Source: Kiritimatiellia bacterium (GTDB lineage Bacteria > Verrucomicrobiota > Kiritimatiellia > RFP12 > UBA1067). Taken from it: a DNA stretch of 64,000 bases. A model generated the notes under the pieces. The model was given only the letters and a program-made list of their open reading frames with translations, was not told the origin of the DNA and did not search any database. The first letter of the stretch is position 1. Each line of letters starts with the position of its first letter. Shown here piece after piece: positions 47,180 to 57,324 of the stretch. The stretch spans positions 768,001-832,000 of the forward strand of contig JBMNFY010000017.1 in assembly GCA_050949565.1 (NCBI GenBank), written 5' to 3'. A program made the position numbers and the translations under genes.

Positions 47180-48121
47180 TTAACTCCTAAATCCTCCGCC
47201 GCGTCGCGCAGCGGCGCGCTTGCGCCAGGCAGACGGCGTCAAACCAAACGCGCGTTTGAAGTGGCCGGAGAAGTGTTGCGAAGCACAGAAGCCGAGATCA
47301 AGCGCCAGTTGCGTAATCGGCATGTCGGTCTCGGCCAACAGGCGTTTGGCCTTCTCCAAGCGGCAGGCAAGCTGGAAGTGATAGGGAGGCAGGCCGGTGA
47401 GCTGTTTGAAACGGCTGATGAAAAGCGAGGGCGACATGCCGGCTTCGCGCGCCAGATCGTCGAGGCTAACCTTTCTTTCAGGCTTCTCGCGCAAGGATTC
47501 GACAACATGGTCAATCAGGCGCGAGTGCGTGATGGTGGCCTTGTGTGATGAGGCGTCGATTACGCCCATCAACAACGACACACAGGCCGTGTTCAGCCCG
47601 ACGGTGCGGTAAGGGCTGGCGGGCTGCTCGTGGTATTTGAACAGGTGCGCGAAAGCCTGTTTGACCGCATCGGTTTTGGCGATCACATGGCAAGGCAGGC
47701 GATTCAGACGTGACCAGATGTCTTGCGCCTCGCGGCTTTTGAGACGCAGAAAGGGTTGGCCGCGCTGCGGTTCGCGGATCAACAGCCAGTAGACGATCGT
47801 GCCTTTCGGGCTGGCGGATATGCAGTGAATATCAGACGGCTTGTTGAGGTAGAGGTCGCCCGGCATGATCCGGTGCTCTTGCCCATTGTTCAGGAGGGTA
47901 AGCGCACCGCGCTGGCAGAGGCCGATCTCCAGACATCCGGCGTGGCGGTGGGTGCCGACCGGGGTGACGGCGTGACGGTAACGGCTGAAGCCAAGCACCG
48001 GGACCTCGTGCAGCCCCGCCTCGGCCAGATCAAGGGCACGGCGCTCCGGCGTGTCAATGTAGGTGACAGCCAGCTTCCTACCCTTCGCACACATGCGCTC
48101 GCTGTCCTTCTCCGTCCTCAT
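47180..48121 (-). CDS. AraC family transcriptional regulator
   Basis: Cupin HRHAGCLEI and C-terminal double HTH (LGFCASQHFSGHFKRAFGLTP); ATG 48121 overlaps the PIN gene stop. Confidence 0.92.
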   Translation of the reverse strand: MRTEKDSERMCAKGRKLAVTYIDTPERRALDLAEAGLHEVPVLGFSRYRHAVTPVGTHRHAGCLEIGLCQRGALTLLNNGQEHRIMPGDLYLNKPSDIHCISASPKGTIVYWLLIREPQRGQPFLRLKSREAQDIWSRLNRLPCHVIAKTDAVKQAFAHLFKYHEQPASPYRTVGLNTACVSLLMGVIDASSHKATITHSRLIDHVVESLREKPERKVSLDDLAREAGMSPSLFISRFKQLTGLPPYHFQLACRLEKAKRLLAETDMPITQLALDLGFCASQHFSGHFKRAFGLTPSAWRKRAAARRGGGFRS

Positions 48122-48558
48122 GAGCGTATCCAAGTGTCCGGCGTCATGACACGGATCGTCCCAGCGGCTCGCTCAACCACATCTTTGTCATACGTCAACA
48201 GGACGGCGTCCGACAGGTGGGCAACGGAAACATAAACCGCATCCGCACCACGTAGAAAAAGGGTTGCTGCGAAGCATTCTGCGGCCCCCGCAATTTCTTC
48301 AGAAAGCGGTTGCCAGAGATGTCCTCTGAAACCACGTACCCAACGAGAGGCCAGACGTCCATGTCGGGGATCACGCGTTTTACGCCCGATTGTCGCCGCC
48401 ACTTCAATGGGCAAAAGAAGCGGCGAATACAGGGTTGCGTGCTTCTCGGCTGCCTTCAACAAGCAAGCGCGACAGGTGGCAAAAAACGGATCATGCACAT
48501 CCAGTGCTCCAACCCAGACATTCGCATCAATGGTCAGCCTTTCACCGCCTGTCGTCAT
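48118..48558 (-). CDS. PIN-domain (VapC-like) toxin
   Basis: TIDANV, IEV, LRGADAVY, LLTYD acidic quartet. Confidence 0.88.
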   Translation of the reverse strand: MTTGGERLTIDANVWVGALDVHDPFFATCRACLLKAAEKHATLYSPLLLPIEVAATIGRKTRDPRHGRLASRWVRGFRGHLWQPLSEEIAGAAECFAATLFLRGADAVYVSVAHLSDAVLLTYDKDVVERAAGTIRVMTPDTWIRS

Positions 48559-48820
48559 TCAGCAAATCTCTGTTCAGTCGCACATCAACACTCGTCTCGC
48601 TGATCTCGTCGGCCAGTACGTCAGCTTCACGTACCCACTCCTGAGCCCATTCGCCTCTCTCAGCAAAACGGACATTTTCAAAGTCATCCAGCGATACGCA
48701 TCCTGCCAGCCACAACTCATAAAGCTGTTGCGTTACCAACCGAACAGGGCGCCCGTCCACAGAGCACTTCGACTTGACTTGTCGGTAGAGCGTATCAGAG
48801 ATTTCCAACGTCATTTTCAT
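48542..48820 (-). CDS. RHH-type antitoxin (VapB-like)
   Basis: MKMTLEISDTLYRQVK ribbon-helix-helix pattern; overlaps the PIN gene start; acidic C-terminus. Confidence 0.78.
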   Translation of the reverse strand: MKMTLEISDTLYRQVKSKCSVDGRPVRLVTQQLYELWLAGCVSLDDFENVRFAERGEWAQEWVREADVLADEISETSVDVRLNRDLLNDDRR

Positions 48821-48957
48821 TTCGCATATAGTTTCCCACATTCCCGTGTGTCTTGTCAATCTTCACAAACAATGCAACGATATTACAATTGCTATAAGCT
48901 TGTAGTACTTTTTTGCCCATTGCTTTATCATGAATACGTTACCGATGAGGAGGGATT

Positions 48958-50532
48958 ATGCGCTTTAGTTTGTTTCTGGCAGTGGGAGTTGCGGCCTTGG
49001 CCGTAGGGCTGTACGGGTGCAGGAGCGGCGGGAAAGAGACCGGCGCGGTTTGGCGCACGGAAGAGTTTCAGACCGTGATCCACCACCTGAGCGGCGGAGC
49101 CGCTGTAGCAACGGTCACCAACGGGATGCTCCATGTGAAGGACCATGGCACACAGTCCGGGGACATGGTGGTCCAAGACCAGCAATGGCGCGCGTGTCCC
49201 GAAACTGGCGCGATTGTGGAGGCGCGCGTCAAAGTGGTGTCATGCAAAGGCATGGCCGGGGTGATGCTAGGCTTCTCGGACGGTAAGCACGAGGACATCC
49301 TGACACTTTACACCGACAAGATTGAGCTACACCACGCTAAGCTGACGCACGCCATGGATACGACGGTTGATTTTCATGTGTACCGTGTGGAGATCAAGAG
49401 CAACGACGTGAGCGTGGCGGTGGACGGCGTCAAGGTCATCGACGGGGCCGGGGCTTTCACGAATCCGGCGCACGCGGGTCGCAACCGCGTCAGTTACGGA
49501 GCGGGCAGCAGCGCGGCCATGGGAGAGGCGTTCTGGGACTGGGTGCGCTGGACCGAGACGCCGGTAACACTCAAAGCGTGGGAACATCCGGTCAAAGACG
49601 CGACGCACCATGTGATTTACAAAGAACCGGGGAAGTATGCCTGTTTCCCCAGTTTGTTGACTGACCCAGACACCGGACATCTCTACACCAGTTTCGGAAT
49701 CAAGGGCAGGGCCACACATTTCGATACCGCAGACACGCGCACCGGCAGGATGATGAGCGCCGACGGCGGAATGACTTGGCGCGAGATCGAAAAGCTTCCG
49801 GAATCTGTGCGCTCCGACATGCCCGGGCCGACCTACACAGCGGCAGACGGCGCACTCGTGCGGATCGGGCATTACTGGCGGCGCTGGTATCCGATGGAAC
49901 GGCTGGACGAGTTCAAAGGGCGCTACGACATCACCTACAGCAGTCCCGCGCGGGGCCGACAAACCAACACGTTCTCGACGCTCAGCGGGGCATACGTCGA
50001 ACGTTCGGAAGACAGAGGTAAGACTTGGAAGCGACAGGACATCGCCGAGCTAGACACCTACGTTTCCGGCTCGTCCCCTTGGTCCATGACACAGTTGCCG
50101 GACGGTACGGTCCTGCGGGCTTTCATGGTGCGAAAAGACAGCAAGTGCGCCGGTCGCGTGATGGTAGCCATCACTCGCGACGGACGCAAAGCTGATTTGG
50201 TCGACGTGATGGGCGATCCCGAGAACAAGTTGCAGTTCACAGAGGAAACGCTGGTGTACACCACCTCGAAGGGCGCGGTCTGGATGTTGACGCGCGTTCA
50301 CGGAACCGGTGCGCCGATCTGGCAAGCGGTGTCCCAGGACGGCGGACGCACTTGGACGGCACGTCCGACCGAGATCGACGCGCGGAGCACACCGCCCAGC
50401 GGTCTGGTCAAACTCAAAGACGGACGGCTGGTGATGGTGTACGGCTACCGTGACGCGCCCTCCGGCATCCGCGCTCTGGTTTCGGAAGACGAAAAGGACT
50501 TTCCCCAAAAAATCGGGGGTAATTATATCTAA
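48958..50532 (+). pseudogene. BNR/Asp-box sialidase-like exported protein, 3'-truncated by an IS
   Basis: Asp-boxes SADGGMTW, SEDRGKTW, SQDGGRTW; the next box SEDE is cut and read into the IS left end (KDFPQKIGG). Confidence 0.8.
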
Positions 50533-51943
50533 GTCCTTGAAAACAAAGGGGATGCGTCTCTGACGGGCGTGCCTGAAAGTGAAAAAGTGGTTTTCCTCCG
50601 CCGGTTCTGCCAAAATGGCGGTTCAACCAAAAACCAAAAACCGGAAAGGAAAACCGACGTGAATCATAGCGCAACGGCGTTCAAAGCGCGAGAGCAACTC
50701 AAGAATTTTTTGGGGGAACTTTCCCCCCGGTTTTCCAAGCCGCTCGGCAAGTTCGTGGGCGACATGGTCTACGGGATACAGGCGTCGCAGGACGTGAAGC
50801 TCAGCCGGATCGCCCGCGCGCTCGACGAGCCGATATCGATGAAGAAACTGGAGGACAGGCTGAGCCGGATGCTCGGGAGCGAGGGCATCGAGCAGGGGAT
50901 TTCCGACGCTGTCGCCCGTCTGGGCTCGCGTCACGTCCATCAGGACACGCTGATCGTCATCGACCCGACCGACATCCGTAAGCTGTACGCGAAGAAGATG
51001 GAATATCTCGCCCGCGTCCGGGACGGGAGCACGGGGGAGATCGGCAACGGATACAGCGCCTGCCTGGCGGTCGCCTGCGAGAGCGGCGGCCGCCGGATCA
51101 CGCCGTTGCACATGCGGCTGTGGTCGAGCGAGGCGGAGGGCTTCATCAGCCAGAACGACGAGGTGCTCGGCGTCATCGACCAGATCAGCTCCCGCGCGAA
51201 GAAGCGCGGCATCTACGTCATCGGCCGCGGAGGCGACGGAGACTGGCTGTTCGACGGCCTGGACCGGCGCAAACTGGACTACATCGTGCGCCTCGTGGGC
51301 AACCGCAACCTGCTCCACGGCCGGCGGACCGCGCTGGCCGAAGAACTGGCGGCATCCTGCCCCATGAAGCACATCGAGATCGTCACGAGGGAGACGGGGG
51401 ACGGGGTGAAAAGCTATAAGCTGGAGTTCGGCGCCATGACCGTCGCCCTGCCGCAGAGGCCCGACAAGCCCCTGCGCATGGTCGTGGTGAAGGGGTTCGG
51501 CGAGCGGCCGATGCTCCTGCTGACCACGCTGGCCGGGACGACGTCGCGCAAGTCCCTGTGGCAGGTCGTCGAGGGCTATCTGACGCGGTGGCGCGTCGAG
51601 GACGCGATCCGCTTCGTCAAGCAGAGCTACAACCTCGAGGACGTCCGGGTCCTGACGTACCGGCGCCTGAAAAACATGGTCGCTCTGCTGCTGGCCGTCA
51701 TCTACTTCAACTGCGTCTGGCTGGCCGGACGGCTGCGCTGCGAGATCCTGACGACCAACATCACCCACTCCGCCAAGCGCATCTACGGCGTGGCCGAGTT
51801 CCTCCACTACGCCGTCGCCGACGGCCTCGGGAGGCTCTTCACGCGCCACGGGAAATGGTACGGCTACAAGCCGCCAGACCCCGAATCAAACCCGCTCGGA
51901 CTGGTCTTTCTGGAATGACCAGATTTTTTGGGGAAACTCCTTG
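50493..51943 (+). mobile_element. IS4-family-like insertion sequence (~1450 bp)
   Basis: 21-bp TIRs AAGGACTTTCCCCAAAAAATC (50494-50514) and the reverse complement of 51922-51942 (20/21 match); no target duplication visible. Confidence 0.9.
50659..51918 (+). CDS. DDE transposase (IS4-like)
   Basis: IVIDPTD, YLTRWRVEDAIRFVK (YREK signature); the second Asp position reads IGRGGD; GTG start after GAAAGGA. Confidence 0.9.
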   Translation: MNHSATAFKAREQLKNFLGELSPRFSKPLGKFVGDMVYGIQASQDVKLSRIARALDEPISMKKLEDRLSRMLGSEGIEQGISDAVARLGSRHVHQDTLIVIDPTDIRKLYAKKMEYLARVRDGSTGEIGNGYSACLAVACESGGRRITPLHMRLWSSEAEGFISQNDEVLGVIDQISSRAKKRGIYVIGRGGDGDWLFDGLDRRKLDYIVRLVGNRNLLHGRRTALAEELAASCPMKHIEIVTRETGDGVKSYKLEFGAMTVALPQRPDKPLRMVVVKGFGERPMLLLTTLAGTTSRKSLWQVVEGYLTRWRVEDAIRFVKQSYNLEDVRVLTYRRLKNMVALLLAVIYFNCVWLAGRLRCEILTTNITHSAKRIYGVAEFLHYAVADGLGRLFTRHGKWYGYKPPDPESNPLGLVFLE

Positions 51944-52608
51944 AAACCTGAACGGTTGACATCATGGTACTGCCCGCTTGTGATGGGAAAGATAGAAAGG
52001 TAGAAGTCCTCCGTTAACGTAACGAGATGCGGGATCTCCACATCAGACATACGTGAGCCCTCGCCCGGTGCAGACCCCATGCAGAACGTGGCATTCGCCG
52101 CCGGGACTTTTCGCATTACAAGGCGTGTGAGGCGATAAACGTCGTTTGCAAGCCCGCCCTCCGGCAAAGCCTCGGCCGAGGGATAGTAGCGGACAAGATC
52201 AGGCGAATCGCCGGCTTCCAAATCCACCACCATGTAATCCGGCGGACAGTTTGTCGCCCATGCTGTTACCACGGCGCGTATCTTTCCAGCATCGATGTAC
52301 CCGAGCGCCTCACCCGGCCTCCAGAAAATCGTCTGTGCACCGCTCTGACGCACCATGCGGTTAACGGCACCCCCCACGCGCGTCAGGTTGTGGTCGCCCA
52401 CGTGCACCCAAGGTCCCGCCGCCGTGTCGCCGGCATTCGTCTCCACGGCGAGCGTCACCACCGCTGGCGCGTTCGCAAGCGTGTATTGCACCGTTACCAT
52501 GGGAGCGTCGTTTACAGAAAGCATCACGCTTGCCGGATCGATGGACGGCACCGTCGCACACACGACGGTCGCCGCAAAAAAGGAAATTCCAAGAATGTTC
52601 GTTTTCAT
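51886..52608 (-). pseudogene. FGE-sulfatase (SUMF1)-domain exported protein, 3'-truncated by the IS
   Basis: Paralogue of 52623-53900 (PPDYMVVDL, LVMRKV, EIPHLVTLT); ends reading into the IS right TIR (KEFPQKI). Confidence 0.85.
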
Positions 52609-52622
52609 CGGCGTCTCCTCCT

Positions 52623-53900
52623 TCAACGTACAACAGCGTGATGCCACAGACGAATCACGTAGCGCTCATTTACCTGCGTCTCGCCCGCACCATTGCGGTA
52701 CGCGCTACGCATACCGTACTGGGGCATATTCACGGCACCGCCGCGTACAGCGCGCTTGTTGCTGACCGATGCCGACTTGACGCAACCGACGGGTTCGACC
52801 ACAGCAGAGCCGTCCGAGTAATTGGCATTCATCGAGAGCCAATCGAGGCAAAGTTCCCAGCCATTGCCGAGCATGTCGTAGAATCCCCACGCATTGGGCT
52901 CCAGTTGTCCCACGGCGTACGGTGTCATCCGGCCGTCCGGGTTGTTCTCCTGATACCAAGCGATCTTCGCAAGCCGGGTTTGATCCAGTTGGCCGCAGTA
53001 GGCCGGATAGTCGGTGCCTGCACGGCAGGCGAACTCCCAGCACGCTTCAGTGGCAAAATCGAACCAGTCTAACCCCGCATGACGGCGTAACTTATCGAAG
53101 AAGGTACCGCTCCCCACGGCGTGAGCCGTGGCGAAATCGCCCGTACTCGGCCAGCTCGTGTTGCCGCGGATCCCGTTCCAACTGATCGAGGTCTGCGGGA
53201 AAACCGCATCGACCGCAGACGGTTGCGTACCGCCCATGATGCGCCAGTACTGCTGTTTCGTCACTGTGAAGACGGAGAGGTAGTAGTCGTTCGTGAGCGT
53301 GACGAGATGCGGAATCTCATACGCGGCCGAATTCGGATCGTCCGATGCGAGACCGCCCATACGGAACATCGCACCCGCGCCGTGAACCTTGCGCATCACG
53401 AGGTGATCTGTACGGTAAAGGTCATTTGTGACATCCCCTTCGGGCAGTGCATCGGCCGTAACGTAGAAATTCACCGTGTTCGTCCTGGTGAGGTCCACCA
53501 CCATGTAGTCCGGCGGTGCATTCGTCGCCCATGCGGTCACCACAGCGCGTACACGTCCATCCGTGTATCTGCCGCCGGGCCAGGACACGTACGGCTTCCA
53601 AGTGATTGTCTGCGGCACGCCGACCTCGCGCACCACGCGATTCACCGCGCCTTCGGCAGTGCGGAAGTTCACAGCGCCGATCGACGCCCATGGCCCTTCT
53701 GCCGCGCCCGTCACGTTCGTTTGGATGTCGAGCGTCACCACCGCCGGCGCGTTGCGCAACGTGTATGTCACCGTCACGAGATGCGACACACTATCCTGAA
53801 CAAGCGTCACATCGTCCTGATCCACATGCGGAAGCGCAGCCCAAACGGACATCGCGCAAAAGGCCAGTGCCCAAACCGTTAATTTCTCGCGCATATCCAC
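52623..53900 (-). CDS. FGE-sulfatase (SUMF1)-domain exported protein
   Basis: Signal peptide, TEACWEFACRAGT, PNAWGFYDMLGNGWELC, RAVRGG. Confidence 0.9.
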   Translation of the reverse strand: MDMREKLTVWALAFCAMSVWAALPHVDQDDVTLVQDSVSHLVTVTYTLRNAPAVVTLDIQTNVTGAAEGPWASIGAVNFRTAEGAVNRVVREVGVPQTITWKPYVSWPGGRYTDGRVRAVVTAWATNAPPDYMVVDLTRTNTVNFYVTADALPEGDVTNDLYRTDHLVMRKVHGAGAMFRMGGLASDDPNSAAYEIPHLVTLTNDYYLSVFTVTKQQYWRIMGGTQPSAVDAVFPQTSISWNGIRGNTSWPSTGDFATAHAVGSGTFFDKLRRHAGLDWFDFATEACWEFACRAGTDYPAYCGQLDQTRLAKIAWYQENNPDGRMTPYAVGQLEPNAWGFYDMLGNGWELCLDWLSMNANYSDGSAVVEPVGCVKSASVSNKRAVRGGAVNMPQYGMRSAYRNGAGETQVNERYVIRLWHHAVVR

Positions 53901-53904
53901 CTCT

Positions 53905-54180
53905 TCAGCGTAGGAACAGGATTAGGCCCTGCGGCTTCTCGCGTGAGAAGACCTGCGGCACGTTTGATTCTTTCTCCGTGAAAACCCGCGCTTCCAATGC
54001 GTCCGTCGTCACGGTCGTCCCCGCAGACACGAGCCCGCCCACAAATGCGGTGGCCACTACGCCCGCGCCAGCACTTACAGGCGAACGCGTCGTATCACCC
54101 TCGAATTTCCACGGCAAGTCTGCGCCGCCCGCGATCAAAACGAGCGCCGTCGTCGCGGTAAACAGCACCTTTCGTTTCAT
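53905..54180 (-). CDS. Small exported protein with C-terminal PQGLILFLR tail
   Basis: RBS AAAGGAG, signal peptide MKRKVLFTATTALVLIAGG; tight operon spacing. Confidence 0.7.
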   Translation of the reverse strand: MKRKVLFTATTALVLIAGGADLPWKFEGDTTRSPVSAGAGVVATAFVGGLVSAGTTVTTDALEARVFTEKESNVPQVFSREKPQGLILFLR

Positions 54181-54208
54181 CGTCGCTCCTTTCGTAAGCT
54201 ACCGGTCG

Positions 54209-55438
54209 TCAGTCGAGTTTCATTCCGCACGCCATCAGCGTCGTCTTGCTGACTTCAATGTCGTGCTGGTAATAGTCTGGGTTCGGACGCTCGCCGCGGA
54301 CGATCTCCGCGAGTTCCTGGAGCTGGTCGGCGTAACGGTCTTTCTGCACGCCACAGTCGACCGTATGCCATCCCTTCTTATAGCCCGGAACGTCCTGATT
54401 GAGACGGAGCGAAAGCGTGGTCGGCTTACCGTCGAAGCGCTCAATCGGACATATCTCAATAGAGCCACGTGTGCCGTCGATCCGCAGGCGCCGACTGCCG
54501 CATGGTGCCTTGCTGCACGCCCGTATAAGTGCCATCCCGTTTTCCCACTCCAGGATACTTGCGCCATTCGTCTTCACACCCGGCTTGCTACCCGGTGCCG
54601 TAAGCAGGACCGGATGCGCGCGGTGCGGTGACTTGTCGCCCATCATCGGCAGGATGAAGTCCACAAGGTGACACCCGAGGTTGTACAAGAGACCACCCGC
54701 AAACGATCCGATATAGGGCTCGTACTGCGCACTGCCGTAGTTGTGGTTCATGTCCGCCTCGATAAAGTTGATTTCGCCGATCCATTTCTCACGCACGGCT
54801 TTCGTCGCAAAACGGATCGCCGGGTTGACACGGAACATGTACCCCATCTGAAGGGGAATCCCGCGCTCACGGCAGTAGTTCACCAGCGCGACATATCGGG
54901 GGTGCGACTGCCCTGTGGGCTTGTCCATGTGCATCGCGAGCCCATGCTTCGCGCACTCCCACGCGACATCCTGCAAGTCATCGTTCGTCACTTCTACGAA
55001 GACGCATTGTATGGACTTGTCCGCCCATATCTGCTCCGGCGTAATGCGCGGCACGCCGTCATAGCATGAGTAGTTCTTTGCTTCACGCGGCGTCTTCGAT
55101 GCGCGGTCATCCACAATGCCGACAAGTTCAAAGTGGTCCGGAAGCACCTTGAGCGACTGGAACTTCCCGTCCGCATGCTCGTGACACATCCCCCACTGTA
55201 CCACGCGAACCCGCTTTGTGCCCGGGAACGGTTTCCATTTCACGACCGGTGCCGTCTCCGCTTCCTTTTGCGCCAGGCACTGCGGTGCTACGGCGAACGC
55301 CGCTGCGGCCCCCATGAATTCGCGTCTGTTGCTGAGCAACGGCTTAGGCCGTATCGCAACCGCCGCAGACATCCCCTCATCACAACGGATACGGTCCCCG
55401 CCCGCATCCAGCCCGCCACACCGCCCGGTTCCATTCAT
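54209..55438 (-). CDS. Gfo/Idh/MocA oxidoreductase with Tat signal
   Basis: RBS AGGAGG before ATG 55438; SNRREFMGAAAAF; HMDKP, GYMFR, NLGCHLVD. Confidence 0.88.
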   Translation of the reverse strand: MNGTGRCGGLDAGGDRIRCDEGMSAAVAIRPKPLLSNRREFMGAAAAFAVAPQCLAQKEAETAPVVKWKPFPGTKRVRVVQWGMCHEHADGKFQSLKVLPDHFELVGIVDDRASKTPREAKNYSCYDGVPRITPEQIWADKSIQCVFVEVTNDDLQDVAWECAKHGLAMHMDKPTGQSHPRYVALVNYCRERGIPLQMGYMFRVNPAIRFATKAVREKWIGEINFIEADMNHNYGSAQYEPYIGSFAGGLLYNLGCHLVDFILPMMGDKSPHRAHPVLLTAPGSKPGVKTNGASILEWENGMALIRACSKAPCGSRRLRIDGTRGSIEICPIERFDGKPTTLSLRLNQDVPGYKKGWHTVDCGVQKDRYADQLQELAEIVRGERPNPDYYQHDIEVSKTTLMACGMKLD

Positions 55439-55592
55439 CGGTAGATTCCTCCTATTGCCAAGTGTCCCGACTTGTCTTCTTCTAACGTCTCGGATTCTAG
55501 TACATCCCCCGTTGAAACACAAGCGGAACCCGAAATTGAAGAGTTGACTGGATACGCCGCGATTTGTGATGCTGTGCGCGGAGGAAAAAAGT

Positions 55593-56474
55593 ATGGCAAC
55601 AGTCTTCTCGCGGATCATGCTGGGAACGGTGCAGTTCGGTCTGGAGTACGGAATCGCGAATGTCGCGGGCAAACCCTCTTTCGACCGCGTCTGCGACATC
55701 GTCAAGACTGCCTTTGAGGGCGGCGTGACCGCGCTGGATACCGCCGCCGCGTATGGCACGAGCGAGGAGGTACTGGGCGCCGCATTGGAACGGCTGGGGC
55801 TGCGCGAGGCGATGGCCGTGGTCAGCAAGGTTCCGCCGATCCCGGATGGTACCGATGCGGAGGCGGAGCGCTTCATTGAACACTCCATTCGCGGCTCGCT
55901 GCAACGTCTGCGGCTCGACCAGTTGGCCGTCTGTTTGTTGCACCGCGAGGATGACCTGCGCCATCTGCCGCTTCTGGAGAAGATGGTTGAACGCGGTCTG
56001 ATAGCGGGTGCGGGGGTGTCGCTGGACAGCGACCGCTTTTTGACGGAGGCGGCGAACGTGCGCTACATCCAACTCCCTTACAATGTGCTTGATCGACGAT
56101 TCGACGCCTTCTGGTCGGTGGCGATACAAAAAAAGATTTATGTTTTCTCCAGAAGTGTCTACCTGCAAGGGTTACTGCTGATGCCGGAAGCACATATCCG
56201 TCCGAGTTTATCCGAGGTCATCCCGGTCCGGCGCGATCTGGAGACGGTGGCGCGTGAGGCCGGTTGCACGATGGCTGAACTCTGTATGCGCTATGCGCTC
56301 TCCAACCCGGCGGTCGCAAGCGTGTTGACCGGTGTGGACACACCGGAGCAGATGCGCGAGAACCTGCGCGTGGCCGCCTTGGGGCCGTTGCCTGCGGCAG
56401 TGCTCGATCGCATACGGGCATGCGTACCCGACTTGCCCGAGTCGCTCGTCCGTCCGGCGTTGTGGGGGCGATAA
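55593..56474 (+). CDS. Aldo/keto reductase
   Basis: LGTVQFGLEYG, LDTAAAYGTSEEVLG, SLQRL...LLH, QLPYNVLD. Confidence 0.92.
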   Translation: MATVFSRIMLGTVQFGLEYGIANVAGKPSFDRVCDIVKTAFEGGVTALDTAAAYGTSEEVLGAALERLGLREAMAVVSKVPPIPDGTDAEAERFIEHSIRGSLQRLRLDQLAVCLLHREDDLRHLPLLEKMVERGLIAGAGVSLDSDRFLTEAANVRYIQLPYNVLDRRFDAFWSVAIQKKIYVFSRSVYLQGLLLMPEAHIRPSLSEVIPVRRDLETVAREAGCTMAELCMRYALSNPAVASVLTGVDTPEQMRENLRVAALGPLPAAVLDRIRACVPDLPESLVRPALWGR

Positions 56475-56477
56475 ACC

Positions 56478-57227
56478 TCACGCCCCGGGGATATGCCGCT
56501 TGCGGTATTTGAGCGGTGAAAGCCCCATCAGCCGGGTGAAGGTTCTGGAGAAGTGGCTCTGGTCATAAAATCCGACCTCACCGGCGATTTCGGTTATACT
56601 GCGATCGGTTTCCGTAAGCAACCGACAAGCCGCATTGATCCGCACCCGTATCAGATAGCGGCAGAGCGACGTGTTGAAGAAGCGATGGAAACGGCGGTTG
56701 AACTGGCGATGCGACAACCCAACCATGGCCGCAATCTTGCGCGTGTTGAGGGGCTCACTGTAGTGTTCATGGATGTACTGCACGGCTTTCGCAAACGGAC
56801 CGTATGACTGAGGCGTCACACGCGTTTCATCCACGGAGCGGTGAATACCCGCAACCCCGATGATCTTCCCCTGACGGTCTTTTAACGGGAACTTGCTGCC
56901 GATGATCAAACGGTTGGAGCCCTCTTCTTCCGGAGCGGGTGCGACGACGTTGATGGTGGGTATCCCCGTCCGCATAATCTGCCGGTCACGCGCGACGTAG
57001 AGATCCGCCCGGTCCTTCGGGAAGAAATCATAATCCGTTTTCCCGATGACCTGAAACTCCGACGCCGCACGGCAGATTTCATTGTGGCGCTGGTTCGACA
57101 TGACAAACCGGCTTTTGCTGTCCTTCACGTAAAAAGCAACATCCGGCAGAAGGTCCATCAATTGCTCAAAAACCTCGAACCCGCTGAGCCGATTTAAGAA
57201 GGCATGTTTAAATTTTTGCACATTCAT
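56478..57227 (-). CDS. PAS-AraC transcriptional regulator
   Basis: PAS (FYVKD...IGKTDYDFFP) plus AraC HTH (VGFYDQSHFSRTF). Confidence 0.92.
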   Translation of the reverse strand: MNVQKFKHAFLNRLSGFEVFEQLMDLLPDVAFYVKDSKSRFVMSNQRHNEICRAASEFQVIGKTDYDFFPKDRADLYVARDRQIMRTGIPTINVVAPAPEEEGSNRLIIGSKFPLKDRQGKIIGVAGIHRSVDETRVTPQSYGPFAKAVQYIHEHYSEPLNTRKIAAMVGLSHRQFNRRFHRFFNTSLCRYLIRVRINAACRLLTETDRSITEIAGEVGFYDQSHFSRTFTRLMGLSPLKYRKRHIPGA

Positions 57228-57324
57228 GGTAATAAAATACATAAAAATGGCCCCTGATTACAAGCCATGTCCATGCGATCCGGCCTACACTATAATCAAT
57301 CACACGAGAAAGGAGCCTCATCTC

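Noticed and set aside
52623-52800. Diversity-generating retroelement targeting the FGE-domain gene
   Set aside because: No reverse transcriptase and no adenine-variant template repeat seen in this window.
55439-55888. N-terminal extension of the 54209-55888 ORF
   Set aside because: Overlaps the aldo-keto reductase antisense; the strong RBS and Tat motif place the start at 55438.
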